Assembly (NCBI GenBank): GCA_963667015.2
Contig: CAXXJJ010000004.1
Location: forward strand, 3,648,001 to 3,712,000
DNA length: 64,000 bases
Direction: 5' to 3'
DNA from: Desulfatiglandales bacterium
GTDB lineage: Bacteria > Desulfobacterota > DSM-4660 > Desulfatiglandales > HGW-15
Shown here: one piece after another, positions 42,001 to 51,093 of the stretch
Numbering within the stretch: the first letter of the stretch is position 1
Layout of the letters: every line of letters starts with the position of its first letter
Program-made: the position numbers and the translations under genes
The notes under the pieces: generated by a model
What the model saw: only the letters and a program-made list of their open reading frames with translations
The model's database searches: none
What the model was told of the DNA's origin: nothing

Positions 42001-42663
42001 TTCATCCTTTTTCTCTGAAATATAAAACTGGTAAAGCCAGCCGACTATTTCTACGTCCTGCCACTCCTCTTCCGGAATTTCATTAATAAGTTTTCTTATC
42101 AGAGAATCAGAGTGAAGAAGATTATCAGGTAGTAAAAGCTCTGTTTCATCATCAACCTTTTCAAATAAAAAAGGCATTGCATCATGTAGTACATTACATT
42201 GGGCAATTATGAGTAATCTATAAAGCTCAGAGTCTTTTGTCCCTTCAAGCTTTAGCTCAACTACTTTTTCTCTATTAAGACCCGGCAAATCAACATGCTC
42301 TGCATGTTCAACAATCTCCGGTGTGGAATTACCTTCAGGATGGCTTAATACTCTGTATCCATGATCAAGGTAACCATGGATCTCCATAAACCTTATAGCA
42401 ACAAAACGATTAAACCATGTGTAGGCCATGGCTTCCATTGTCTGCTCAAAGCCTTTATTTTTTATTCTCTCTTCAAGTTTTTTCCGTTTTACAGCAGTTG
42501 ATCGTGGAAATGATCTACCTCCAATAATCGCAACGTCGCCCTCTTCGATTACTGGATCTATTTGCTTACCAGTAAGCCCATAATAGGCAGCACGGTCTGT
42601 AACCGCCTTTATAAAATCTCTCCTGGCTTTAGGTGCGTATGCTTTTAACTTATTTCTATTCAT
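39067..42663 (-). CDS. pglX: BREX-1 adenine DNA methyltransferase PglX
   Basis: AYTWFNR, PAATQLFTP, DPACGSGH, NPPY, KRPIYW, DLDDGVKVNYGKF. Confidence 0.97.
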   Translation of the reverse strand: MNRNKLKAYAPKARRDFIKAVTDRAAYYGLTGKQIDPVIEEGDVAIIGGRSFPRSTAVKRKKLEERIKNKGFEQTMEAMAYTWFNRFVAIRFMEIHGYLDHGYRVLSHPEGNSTPEIVEHAEHVDLPGLNREKVVELKLEGTKDSELYRLLIIAQCNVLHDAMPFLFEKVDDETELLLPDNLLHSDSLIRKLINEIPEEEWQDVEIVGWLYQFYISEKKDEVFDGLKKNKKIIPENIPAATQLFTPHWIVRYLVENSLGRLWMLNKPHSKLIEKMEYYIKPEEPETDFLKINSPEEIKICDPACGSGHMLTYAFDLLYSIYEELGHKGAEIPKKILENNLFGIEIDERAGELAALALTMKARQKDRRFFQRKSLNGTHVKPNICVLEKIKFSGDEIQAYMDKVGRDLFTTHFQTTLYQFEETDNFGSLIQPTLKNTESIELHIKESGVEEDLFLSNTHKKVLRILEQATYLSPKYHIVVANPPYMGSGGMNDRLKVFAQDHYKQSKSDLFAMFIERNMTLSKKKGLVAMITMQNWMFLSSFELLRSKILGQDTIISMAHLGARAFDSIGGEVVSTTAFILANTPHSKYKGAFFRLIEGRSEKEKDVAIREAVRNPDCGWLYTASAGDFNKVPGSPIAYWIKGTQLFKGKTIDDTFVSGGRNKTHNNEKYLRFFWEVRSKDERWVSYANGGDFRKYAGNELHVVDWSDDARSFYDSHGGLCNSKFWNKEGITWSLISSANISFRIKSTYSQYSSGAPTIFNEMFSCDRKALAFLNSPISLYYLKAINPTLNTTVSDVLALPFPDENIPSEVVRNTDKCLEISRVDWDFYETSLEFIGLPIINQQYKEGLDSNKPDQKTVIWPLATTLNDSYIRLREKWEKMKLEMQHLEKENNSILLEAYCLLNELTPDVHLNEVTLTCNPHYRYGKNRSEEELEYMLLADTMKELISYSVGCMMGRYSIDVPGLIFANSGNEKFLDIYKAKHKKNCSWPTFSPDEDGIIPITDTDWFEDDATNRIIEFINIVWPKETLEENLKFIADSIGPKQGESSRETIRRYMTTGFYKHHFSMFKKRPIYWLFSSGKERAFQCIVYLHRYNEGTLSRMRTEYVIPLQGKINAHIDQLKGDIEKASSTSLRKKLQKEHDKLLKQQVELQGFDEKLRHYADKRISLDLDDGVKVNYGKFGDLLAEVKAVTGKEAING

Positions 42664-42677
42664 ACTTTATCTTTCTA

Positions 42678-45600
42678 TTATTTTATCTGGATTCGCTTGC
42701 CTGATTTAATCGCTTCTTCAAGCTCTTTTCTGAGGGTATCAATAAACTGATTAATATCATCATTGTCTTCAAGGTAACTCTTAACAGCGTATTCCGAAGG
42801 TTTTATAACACAACGTTGTTTTATCTTTGGTGGCTCTTTAGTGCCATCTTGTTTTGATTCTGCTTTCTTTTTCACATAATCTTCAATCTTTTCAAAGGCA
42901 TCGTTAAAAGCTTTTTCTGCCTGTTGTTTCATTTGTTCCAGATGAGCTATACTTTCGAGATCATTAACATTATTTTTCAGACTTTCAATAGAACTTATAC
43001 AGGAATATTTGAGGTCTCCATCTCCCTGTACTGAGTCTATTTCTTTTTCAATCTCTGAAATAAACTGATCGATCACCTGCATCACATCAACTTTGTGCTG
43101 CTCTAAAAGACTGATGTTAACAGCCTCTACAGTGCTGATGAGCCCTTCGGCTTCATGGATAATTCCATAAGGAGCTTTAGAGGTAAGAATTTCATTCATG
43201 CGCTGTAAAGCACCGGCAGCTTCTTTATCCTGTTCAATGTCCAGGCTGTTTAATTTGAACCGATTATAAGCTGAGCGGAGTTTATCCCAGGTCGGTTTCT
43301 GGTGTTCATAGAACTGTTCAAGGGTATGAAATTCATCAGCAAGATCAAGGAGGTCATCCTTTTTATCATTTACCCTCTGTATCAGTTTATAACTTTCATT
43401 ACAGTTTATAAGCGGGCTAATAAGGTTAACAGCTTCTGTTATCTCCTCTCTTCCGGGATAACCACCTGATTCAGCAAGCGGTTTAAATCTGTTAAGTGCA
43501 GATTCCCACAGTTTTAGTTTTTCTTTGTAGAAGGCATACAGGGCATCTTCATTATCCGGCCCCATCTCAGAAAAAATATCCTGACCCAGTTTCCGTGCTT
43601 TTTGCATGGCAGCAGGATCTGATGTTACTCTTTTATGAATGGTTATTTTACGCCACTTTGCAGGGGTTTTAATATTTTCAAAGACCTTATCAGGAGGCAG
43701 GGTATCGCCATCCATTTTGAGGCTTATTTCTCCGAGCATGAGCAGTCTGCAGACAATGAGAATTATTTCCCATTCAGGCCATCCATAGGGTCTTAATGAA
43801 TATCGTTTTTCTATCATGTCATGAATAATAATAGCCTGGTTCTTGATGCTGCACAGCTCGATATAATTACGTACATCATCTATAGCGCTGGGGTTATTTT
43901 CTTCCAGCTTAAGATTTAAACTTAACTGGGTGACATCATTGCTTTTGAGTACTGCCTGAATTTCTCTTAAAGGCTCCGGATTGGGATGCTTAAGGTAACT
44001 CATTTTATTGAATGTATTTGAGATAAGGTATTCCAGGGCTTCTTCAACACATGAAAAAGGTGTTGATGCTTTAATCTGTAACTGAGAACCGGCAGCAAAA
44101 TATGCAGCCTCCATTATTTGATCACTGAGGAGCTTATTCAGGTGCTCTCGCCTGGCCCGGTTTTCATCTGCGTTATCCCTTAATATGCGTTTTGTTGTAT
44201 CGGGCAGACCGGTGTCACTTTTTGTTTTAAGATATTTTTCTGTCTGGGCATAAACACGTAATTCTCTTCCCAGCCTTTCATCATCCCTTAACCTGATGAG
44301 TATCTGACCGCCTTCATTACTGCTTTCAAGGACGCATTTTGAGTCGCCATATAAAGAGTAGTCATCAAACAGAGGTGAAATAACAGAAATGATAAGACCA
44401 CCATCCAGGCGGTTACCGACCGGGAACATGTCGCAGAGCCTGGTGTATTGGAAGTCCATCTTGTTTTTTGAGTACCGGTGTTTCTTCTGGCCCCTGAGGA
44501 TATCTTCGAAGATAATTTCTCCAAGCAATCTGCTTTCATCGGATGTGCTTAGCTCAACTCCCTTTATTTCCCTGCTTACATCCCTCTCCTCATTTGTAAG
44601 AAAGAAATAGTTGTCCCCACTTCGGCTTATAAGTGTTTCGGATTCAAGCCTCTCAAGGCTTGCCTCTATCTTATTACGTAATAAATGTCTGTCAGTGTCT
44701 ATTTCATCGATACACAGTGTAACGAGGTTATCTACATTGCCTTTAATTTCTTCTACATACCGGATCAGGAAAAGGACCTGCAGCAGTTTTATATCGTATG
44801 GCTCAAGGCTGGGATTGTCGGAGGCCTGCTCAATCGTTCTTTTAACCGTTGTATCGAGAAAGCTGTCAATGGATGGATAAAACTCATATAACGGCACAAG
44901 GACATCTGCCTCTTTCATTGCCACGCTCTTGGCGGCGGACTGAAAGGCATCAAGCATGGAACGTTCACCTTTGGCAAGATGAAGACCGGTTACACCAACC
45001 CGCCTGATGACCTCAAATATTTTCTGTAAAAGAAGGAACTGGTATGGGACAAATGGGTAGTTTTTATAAAATTCATCTGCATCAGAGAAGGATTTGAGCG
45101 TCATCCCGCAATCCCTGAATGATAACTGATTGCGGAGAATATCCCCTTTTTCATTAAAGATAGCCTTAAGTTCATCAATAACCGCTTCATTTTTTTCCAG
45201 AATACGCTTTCTTATGACTTCATCAGCGTTTGCACTTGATAGAGAGAGTCGGGTCTGAAAACGCCCCTGAATTTTGGAAAAGTCATTTCTGCTGGCTGTT
45301 CTGAGCTCGCCTATTACTTTATCTATATCTTCCTGAGAGGTAACAATTACCCATGCCCTGCCTTTACACATTGTACCAAGATCTTCAGCTATGGTTTGCA
45401 GGTTAAGCATAAGGTGGCCGTCGGTACCGATAAACTGGCCTATTTCATCAACAAGAAAAACAAGGCGGCTGCTGTTTCCTTTTAATTCAAGATATTCCAT
45501 TACCCATTTAGAGAAATTTTCTATTGTAAGGGAGAAATTGTTCTCAGAGTTGTCCACCCATTTTTCGGCTGTTTCAAGACTCTGGCCGAGTGTCTTCATA

Positions 45601-46265
45601 AAGGCTTCAACAACCTGATCACGATTAAACTCATAGGCGTCACGTTCATCAACCCATTCGGTGCCGGTAATTTCCCTGTAATGGTCATGGAACTCTTTAA
45701 GCTTTCCTTTGCTATCCAGGTAGCGCTCCATATGGGCAATATGAGGATGATCCCCGTCATACCCCTGTGCTTCATTCAGCACTTTTAAAAAGACCGATAG
45801 AATGGCATTTCTGCCGGAGGTGCTGTCTGCCTTACTGTCTATATTGAAGAGGATAACTTCGGTATCTGATCCTGCGGCCCTTTTAATATCACCGAGCAGC
45901 ATAGCATCCTTGACCTTTTCTTCAAAAAATTCAAGGGCCTGCTTGTTTTGGCCATTTGAGGTGAGATCTATATTACCCAGAAGATAAGACAACACCTTAA
46001 GGAAATGAGATTTACCTGAACCGAAGAAACCTGATATCCAGACACCCATTTTGCTGGTTATGGCAGGATCGTTGGAGTTATCCATGACCTCCAGATAGGT
46101 AGAAAGGAACTTCCTGAAATATTTATCAAGCTCTCTTGTAAAAACAAATTCATCAAGTTCCTGCCACACTGAGCTGTCATCAAGTTGATGGGCTTTTACA
46201 ACCCCGTTAATTGATCGAAATATGTCTTTTTTAAATATGGTATTTATCTGCATGCTCTGCCTCAT
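42678..46265 (-). CDS. brxC: BREX P-loop ATPase BrxC
   Basis: WISGFFGSGKSH Walker A, FLVDE Walker B, KIQGRF, YPFVPYQ. Confidence 0.96.
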   Translation of the reverse strand: MRQSMQINTIFKKDIFRSINGVVKAHQLDDSSVWQELDEFVFTRELDKYFRKFLSTYLEVMDNSNDPAITSKMGVWISGFFGSGKSHFLKVLSYLLGNIDLTSNGQNKQALEFFEEKVKDAMLLGDIKRAAGSDTEVILFNIDSKADSTSGRNAILSVFLKVLNEAQGYDGDHPHIAHMERYLDSKGKLKEFHDHYREITGTEWVDERDAYEFNRDQVVEAFMKTLGQSLETAEKWVDNSENNFSLTIENFSKWVMEYLELKGNSSRLVFLVDEIGQFIGTDGHLMLNLQTIAEDLGTMCKGRAWVIVTSQEDIDKVIGELRTASRNDFSKIQGRFQTRLSLSSANADEVIRKRILEKNEAVIDELKAIFNEKGDILRNQLSFRDCGMTLKSFSDADEFYKNYPFVPYQFLLLQKIFEVIRRVGVTGLHLAKGERSMLDAFQSAAKSVAMKEADVLVPLYEFYPSIDSFLDTTVKRTIEQASDNPSLEPYDIKLLQVLFLIRYVEEIKGNVDNLVTLCIDEIDTDRHLLRNKIEASLERLESETLISRSGDNYFFLTNEERDVSREIKGVELSTSDESRLLGEIIFEDILRGQKKHRYSKNKMDFQYTRLCDMFPVGNRLDGGLIISVISPLFDDYSLYGDSKCVLESSNEGGQILIRLRDDERLGRELRVYAQTEKYLKTKSDTGLPDTTKRILRDNADENRARREHLNKLLSDQIMEAAYFAAGSQLQIKASTPFSCVEEALEYLISNTFNKMSYLKHPNPEPLREIQAVLKSNDVTQLSLNLKLEENNPSAIDDVRNYIELCSIKNQAIIIHDMIEKRYSLRPYGWPEWEIILIVCRLLMLGEISLKMDGDTLPPDKVFENIKTPAKWRKITIHKRVTSDPAAMQKARKLGQDIFSEMGPDNEDALYAFYKEKLKLWESALNRFKPLAESGGYPGREEITEAVNLISPLINCNESYKLIQRVNDKKDDLLDLADEFHTLEQFYEHQKPTWDKLRSAYNRFKLNSLDIEQDKEAAGALQRMNEILTSKAPYGIIHEAEGLISTVEAVNISLLEQHKVDVMQVIDQFISEIEKEIDSVQGDGDLKYSCISSIESLKNNVNDLESIAHLEQMKQQAEKAFNDAFEKIEDYVKKKAESKQDGTKEPPKIKQRCVIKPSEYAVKSYLEDNDDINQFIDTLRKELEEAIKSGKRIQIK

Positions 46266-46840
46266 TAGGGAACGAGTTTGAAGGCTCTGTAGTAATTATT
46301 ACTTTTTATTTTTCCGAACAACCTTAAGGTTTTTCCATCATATCTACCGGGATAAAACATGATTAAAGGAGTTTTACCCATTACAGTTTGGAGATTATTT
46401 AACAGGTTATGAGACCTGACAAGGGGCCACACGCTTCCTACACCTGAAATAAAAACAAGGTCCTGCTCTTCTGGCTGGCACTCATCGGCAAAAACCCTGA
46501 CGAGCGCCTCGGTTTTGAGAGGACCACTCAGGGCTTTCATGAGGGCCGTATCACCCTGATCCCTTTGTTTATCAAAAGACTTATCAAGGAGATTACGCTT
46601 CTTCAGGTAATCCAGGATAAGGGTAAAAAGATTAATGTGCTTTACTTTAATATCTGGCCTGTGCTTGGGGATATGCTCGATAAGGAAGGATATAAACTCC
46701 CGGATATTGAGCTCATCCTCTGGAGGGTAATCAAATATATAAAAGGCTATTTCATTACCCAGCCCTTTACTGCTGAGGAATTCTGTTGATGTAATCTTGG
46801 GCAGGACTTCGTTCATTCGCTGAGTTAAGAATTCGTTCAT
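46265..46840 (-). CDS. brxB: BREX BrxB (DUF1788)
   Basis: GLGNEIAFYIFDYPP, RSHNLLNNL, FYPGRY, YYRAF. Confidence 0.95.
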   Translation of the reverse strand: MNEFLTQRMNEVLPKITSTEFLSSKGLGNEIAFYIFDYPPEDELNIREFISFLIEHIPKHRPDIKVKHINLFTLILDYLKKRNLLDKSFDKQRDQGDTALMKALSGPLKTEALVRVFADECQPEEQDLVFISGVGSVWPLVRSHNLLNNLQTVMGKTPLIMFYPGRYDGKTLRLFGKIKSNNYYRAFKLVP

Positions 46841-47427
46841 GGAGTCACCTGAATACAGCGTAAAACATATTTTTCATTATTTCTTTCTAAATATTTCATT
46901 ACCGGAGTAGCAATATGCACATTCTGTAATTTTCTGGTCTTTGTGCTTTCAATATAGCCAGCCTGGGCTAACATCTGAAAAACTGATGAACTGAGCCGCT
47001 TACGTGTTCCTTCCTTCCAGGTTGCCACAGCAGGGTCTCTCCGCTGGCAGTCATTCAAGTATTCATCCCATAGCTTGTTTGATAATATTGGATTGAATAT
47101 TCGGAACTGTTCCCTGACAACCTGATCTAAAAAATCACCCAGTAACCGGCTATGCTTAACAGCGGAGGCAAGGACCGCATGTGTCGCTGTTTCACCTGCA
47201 CCATCCCTTACCAATTTCCACAGTTCAGGAGTCATTAACTCAAGGCGTTTTTTTATTAACCTGGCAAGGCGAATGGCTGTAGCTCCGGATCTCGCCTGCA
47301 GTATATTTTCATCAACTACAGCCTTTTTAAACTCTTCCTTGGTAACACCATTTAAAAGCAGATCCGCGATTATACGGCTTTCTGTAACTTTTAATGACCC
47401 GGCTGTTATATCGGCACTATATTTCAT
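46837..47427 (-). CDS. brxA: BREX BrxA (DUF1819)
   Basis: YSADITAGSL..ESRIIA, ENILQ, LAQAGY; first gene of the operon. Confidence 0.93.
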   Translation of the reverse strand: MKYSADITAGSLKVTESRIIADLLLNGVTKEEFKKAVVDENILQARSGATAIRLARLIKKRLELMTPELWKLVRDGAGETATHAVLASAVKHSRLLGDFLDQVVREQFRIFNPILSNKLWDEYLNDCQRRDPAVATWKEGTRKRLSSSVFQMLAQAGYIESTKTRKLQNVHIATPVMKYLERNNEKYVLRCIQVTP

Positions 47428-47736
47428 GGTTAAAGTCAGCAAAAAGGTGTCTGCATAAATTACTTTATTACATAATTATGAATTTAATAATCAAATAATG
47501 GGAATTGTTTTATTTTTTGAATAATTTGTTGTAGCAGAAAATTATATCAGGAGCAATTTTTTAATTATAATAAGGGGAACTACCTTTTGGTGCCCTTATC
47601 AATATGTGAAATGGAGTTCCCCACTACAAAGCAGCGGGGTAACCGATTAATAATATAGCCAGATGCTCTCAGAACAAACTTCAGATTATAAACAGAATAT
47701 AGTGACTTGAAGAGCCTTATTTTGATCTTTACTTCG

Positions 47737-48141
47737 TTAAGATTGAGAATCAGTAGCCAGTTTCACAGCCTTCTGGGTTGTTATTGCCAGTCTATGCATA
47801 AGGGATTCAAAGAGGGTTTTTAACCTGGGAGAGATAGATTCATATTCCTTTAGTAAAAGCTGGGTATCAAGCAGGGCAACTTTTACATTGGTTTCTGCAA
47901 TGACAGAGGCTGTCCTGGAGACTTTACCTAACTGCCATAACACCATTTCACCAAAAATTTCACCCTCCATAAGTGTATCAACCGTGACCAGGCCTTTTGC
48001 AGTCATTTTTTTTACCTTAACCGTTCCCTCCAGTATCAAATATACCCAGTCTCCCTGGGTTCCCTCTTTTATGATAGTATGACCTTTTTCGTATTCTTCT
48101 TCGTGTGAAATATAGGGGTATAAAAAGCTATCTATTGCCAT
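47737..48141 (-). CDS. Stand-alone cyclic-nucleotide-binding protein
   Basis: IIKEG..YLILEG..GEIFGEM..RTASV. Confidence 0.9.
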   Translation of the reverse strand: MAIDSFLYPYISHEEEYEKGHTIIKEGTQGDWVYLILEGTVKVKKMTAKGLVTVDTLMEGEIFGEMVLWQLGKVSRTASVIAETNVKVALLDTQLLLKEYESISPRLKTLFESLMHRLAITTQKAVKLATDSQS

Positions 48142-48159
48142 AACCGGAAAATCCTTTCA

Positions 48160-48939
48160 TCAGGGCATCATAAAAAAGCCAAGATTTTTACTGGAATGCT
48201 CTGACATATCTAAAAAAGAAACCCCCAGGAAAAAAGAAGTTATCAACTTTCCTTCCCTGATACTGACCAGCTTACATGTGATCTCGATGTCCTTTTTATT
48301 TGGAAGGGTTGTATTTAAAATAAAATCCTCACCAACTCTGTAGGGGAATATGGGGCTGTTCAAAGGCATCACCTCCAGTCCTGCGCCACCAAGGCTGATA
48401 TCCTTGATGGTCCCGGCTAATTTAGCTTTTGCGCCCGAATACAAGGAAGTACAATTAAATGGCAGGCTGACCTTTTTTCTGAAATAACGCCTTTTTGACT
48501 CCCGAGGCTCTCCGATTTTCGGACTTTGCAGTTTCTTTCTTTTCTGGTCAGCAAGCTTGACTACGAGTTTGTTTATCCTTGCAAGCCGTTTCAAGGTCTG
48601 ATCAGCAAGAAACCTGATTATTGGAGGCATTTGCTCATATTCCATTTTCAGCATTCTTGGATGCCATACCTCAAGCAGACTGTCTTCTGCGGCCCTTGCA
48701 GAGGCAGCCCTCTGCTCTATCTCATCGCTGAGAAAAGTCATCTCACCTATGACAGCACCAGGACCAAGGCTTGCAAGCGGAATTACTGCATCATCAGCCT
48801 CGGAATATATAGTGATTTTACCTTCAATTATTTTATAAATAGAAAGGCCATAGTCGCCTTCTTTTATAATCAAATCCCCCTTTTTATACCTTAGACGGAC
48901 AAGAGGAGGTTCATTTTTCTGTTTCTGGTTTTCAGACAT
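48160..48939 (-). CDS. cNMP-binding + PilZ domain protein
   Basis: cNMP motif GEMTF..RAASA; PilZ motifs RRYFR (RxxxR) and DISLGG (DxSxxG). Confidence 0.88.
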   Translation of the reverse strand: MSENQKQKNEPPLVRLRYKKGDLIIKEGDYGLSIYKIIEGKITIYSEADDAVIPLASLGPGAVIGEMTFLSDEIEQRAASARAAEDSLLEVWHPRMLKMEYEQMPPIIRFLADQTLKRLARINKLVVKLADQKRKKLQSPKIGEPRESKRRYFRKKVSLPFNCTSLYSGAKAKLAGTIKDISLGGAGLEVMPLNSPIFPYRVGEDFILNTTLPNKKDIEITCKLVSIREGKLITSFFLGVSFLDMSEHSSKNLGFFMMP

Positions 48940-48964
48940 ATCAGTTGTTTTCTATAGGCCGGGT

Positions 48965-49918
48965 TTAGTTTCTTCTAAAAATATTAATAATTTTGTCTCT
49001 AAAGAGAATGGGACTTCCTTTATCAGGCAGAGCCTTTCCGGAAAGCCGGTACTTTTCTATGGCTACTGCTACGGGGCCAATAAGGCTGTTAAGAAGAAAC
49101 TGGTCTTTTTTACGAAAACCATAAGGTTTTATTGACTCGATATAGATAGCCCCAAGAACCTCTTCACCACTTATTATCGGTACGCACATTGCAGATTTAA
49201 TCTCAAGGGTGTCCCCCTTTTCAATAAAAGATTGGGGCAGTTCAAATTCGGTATTGGACATTCTTATTGTCTTCTGTTCATTAATAACTCTGCTGATTAT
49301 TTCATTTTTATATCTTGAGGTTGTTTTTTCATGTGTATCGGGGATAATCTCAACCATATTTTTTATGCTGGTCTTTTGATTATATGATAAAAAAACACTT
49401 GCATGGTCGAGCCTGGGGAGAGCCTCAAGGACCAGACTGAGAAATTCCTTGAAAAAGGCATCCATATCCATTTGTTTTTTCAGAAGTTCAGAAACATTAT
49501 AAACCAGTTCAAGTTCTTTTGACGAGCGCCGGTCGGCTTTTTGTGTATCCTCTGAAGGTGTTTCTTTCTGCTTTTCTTTCGCCGGAGGAATGATTTTCGG
49601 TAGAGATCCCCCTTCTCCGGAAACAATCAACTGCATAACGGTGTTACCAACTGATATGGAATCTCCTTCATTAACCTGAAATCCTTCACCCGGTTCAATA
49701 GGTTCACCATTAACCAGTGTCCCGTGCTTGCTGTTCAGATCTTCAACAAAAAAGCTCTTGCCGATTTTGAATATCTTGAAATGCTTTCGCGATACCGCAA
49801 TTTCCAGTATTGCAATATCGTTCATTTTCGGGCTTCTTCCGCAGAAGACAACCTCCTTGGATCCCAGATCAAAGACTTGGTCCTTTAAGGGGCCCTTTAT
49901 TACTACAAGTTTAGGCAT
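48965..49918 (-). CDS. FHA + GAF domain protein
   Basis: FHA GR..VSRKH..DLNSKHGTLVNG; GAF SAMCVPI..LGAIYIE. Confidence 0.88.
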   Translation of the reverse strand: MPKLVVIKGPLKDQVFDLGSKEVVFCGRSPKMNDIAILEIAVSRKHFKIFKIGKSFFVEDLNSKHGTLVNGEPIEPGEGFQVNEGDSISVGNTVMQLIVSGEGGSLPKIIPPAKEKQKETPSEDTQKADRRSSKELELVYNVSELLKKQMDMDAFFKEFLSLVLEALPRLDHASVFLSYNQKTSIKNMVEIIPDTHEKTTSRYKNEIISRVINEQKTIRMSNTEFELPQSFIEKGDTLEIKSAMCVPIISGEEVLGAIYIESIKPYGFRKKDQFLLNSLIGPVAVAIEKYRLSGKALPDKGSPILFRDKIINIFRRN

Positions 49919-50211
49919 ATAAGTTAGACCTTCGCATTTTTATTTAAAAAATACCGGGCGGTAAACTATTAATAAATATTGATAACAAGAAAAACAATCA
50001 AAAAATGATCTCCCTCTCTAATTTTCTCCTTTTCCTGTAAAAAAACTCGAAAATTTAAAAAACAGGATAGGTTTAAAGGCGATTCAGGATTTATCCGGAG
50101 AGATACAGTTAATATGGGCAAATTTTCCCTACAATATCAACAATCCATATTCAGTCAAACATTAAAGAAAATCATTTATAATTTTTGGTTAAAAATTTCC
50201 AGTAATTATCA

Positions 50212-50227
50212 AGCAACATATATGCCA
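50212..50227 (-). promoter_or_regulatory. Sigma-54 (-24/-12) promoter
   Basis: TGGCATATATGTTGCT, near-consensus GG-N10-GC, oriented toward the FHA/cNMP genes. Confidence 0.6.
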
Positions 50228-50458
50228 CATAGGACTTTAATTATTTTACATATATTATTAGACACTTACAGAACAACAGGCACATGTCACAGGCAATACA
50301 TGTAAATACCTGCCACTTTTATATGTAATTCACTTCCTTTTAATGGCATTTATTTACATCTTTTCTTTTCCAGTTTTTTTTAGTTATTTCATTATCTGCG
50401 CATTCGATCTGGATCACAACCAGAATAAAGAATAATCCTCTTGACATGCCTGGAAAAC

Positions 50459-50497
50459 AAAAAAAGCCGTAACCAGTTAAAGGTTACGGCTTTTTTT
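50459..50497. terminator. Terminator after tRNA-Leu
   Basis: AAAAAAAGCCGTAACC-agttaaa-GGTTACGGCTTTTTTT. Confidence 0.85.
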
Positions 50498-50502
50498 ATA
50501 TA

Positions 50503-50590
50503 TGGTGCCGAAGGCGGGATTTGAACCCGCACAGGCGTCCGCCCACATGGCCCTCAACCATGCGTGTCTACCAAGTTCCACCACTTCGGC
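50503..50590 (-). tRNA. tRNA-Leu(GAG)
   Basis: Cloverleaf with long variable arm, anticodon loop TTGAGGG, CCA end; secG-tRNA-Leu synteny. Confidence 0.97.
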
Positions 50591-50605
50591 AAAGGGTATA
50601 ACTAA

Positions 50606-50926
50606 TTAATTACTTTCCGGCTCCGCTGGCACGCTGGAAGCGCTTTCTTCCTGCGCAACAGGTGCATTAACCTTGGCGCCGTCCATAATAGATTCACTTT
50701 TACCTTTTCCCATTGTCGCAAGAAAAAGTGATGTGATCATAAATATCACCGCCGCGGCTGTAGTCACCTTTGACAAAAAGGAGGAAGCTCCTGCCCCGCC
50801 GAAAACTGCCTGGCTTGAACCACCAAAGGCCGCTCCCATGTCAGCACCCTTACCCTTCTGAAGAAGGACTATAAAAATAAGTGCAACACAAACCACGACA
50901 TGTATTATTGTGACAACTATACTCAT
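50606..50926 (-). CDS. secG: Preprotein translocase SecG
   Basis: VLLQKGKGADMGAAFGG, FLSKVT. Confidence 0.96.
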   Translation of the reverse strand: MSIVVTIIHVVVCVALIFIVLLQKGKGADMGAAFGGSSQAVFGGAGASSFLSKVTTAAAVIFMITSLFLATMGKGKSESIMDGAKVNAPVAQEESASSVPAEPESN

Positions 50927-51093
50927 TTTTTATCCCTGATTCCTGCTGGCTCAAACAGCGAGAAATCTAATTAAAATAATATAAGAATTCGCAAATATAA
51001 AGACAAAAATTGAAAAAAGCAACATTTTTTTAATGTTGAGCATTGTTAATGTTAAAAAATAATCTCAACCGAAAACATACAACATTCAAACTG

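Larger units (their letters stand above)
29880..47650. mobile_element. Defence island at the tRNA-Glu 3' end (no integrase seen; right boundary uncertain)
   Basis: Abrupt AT-rich shift after the tRNA, arm-site-like direct repeats, BREX and unknown genes. Confidence 0.6.
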
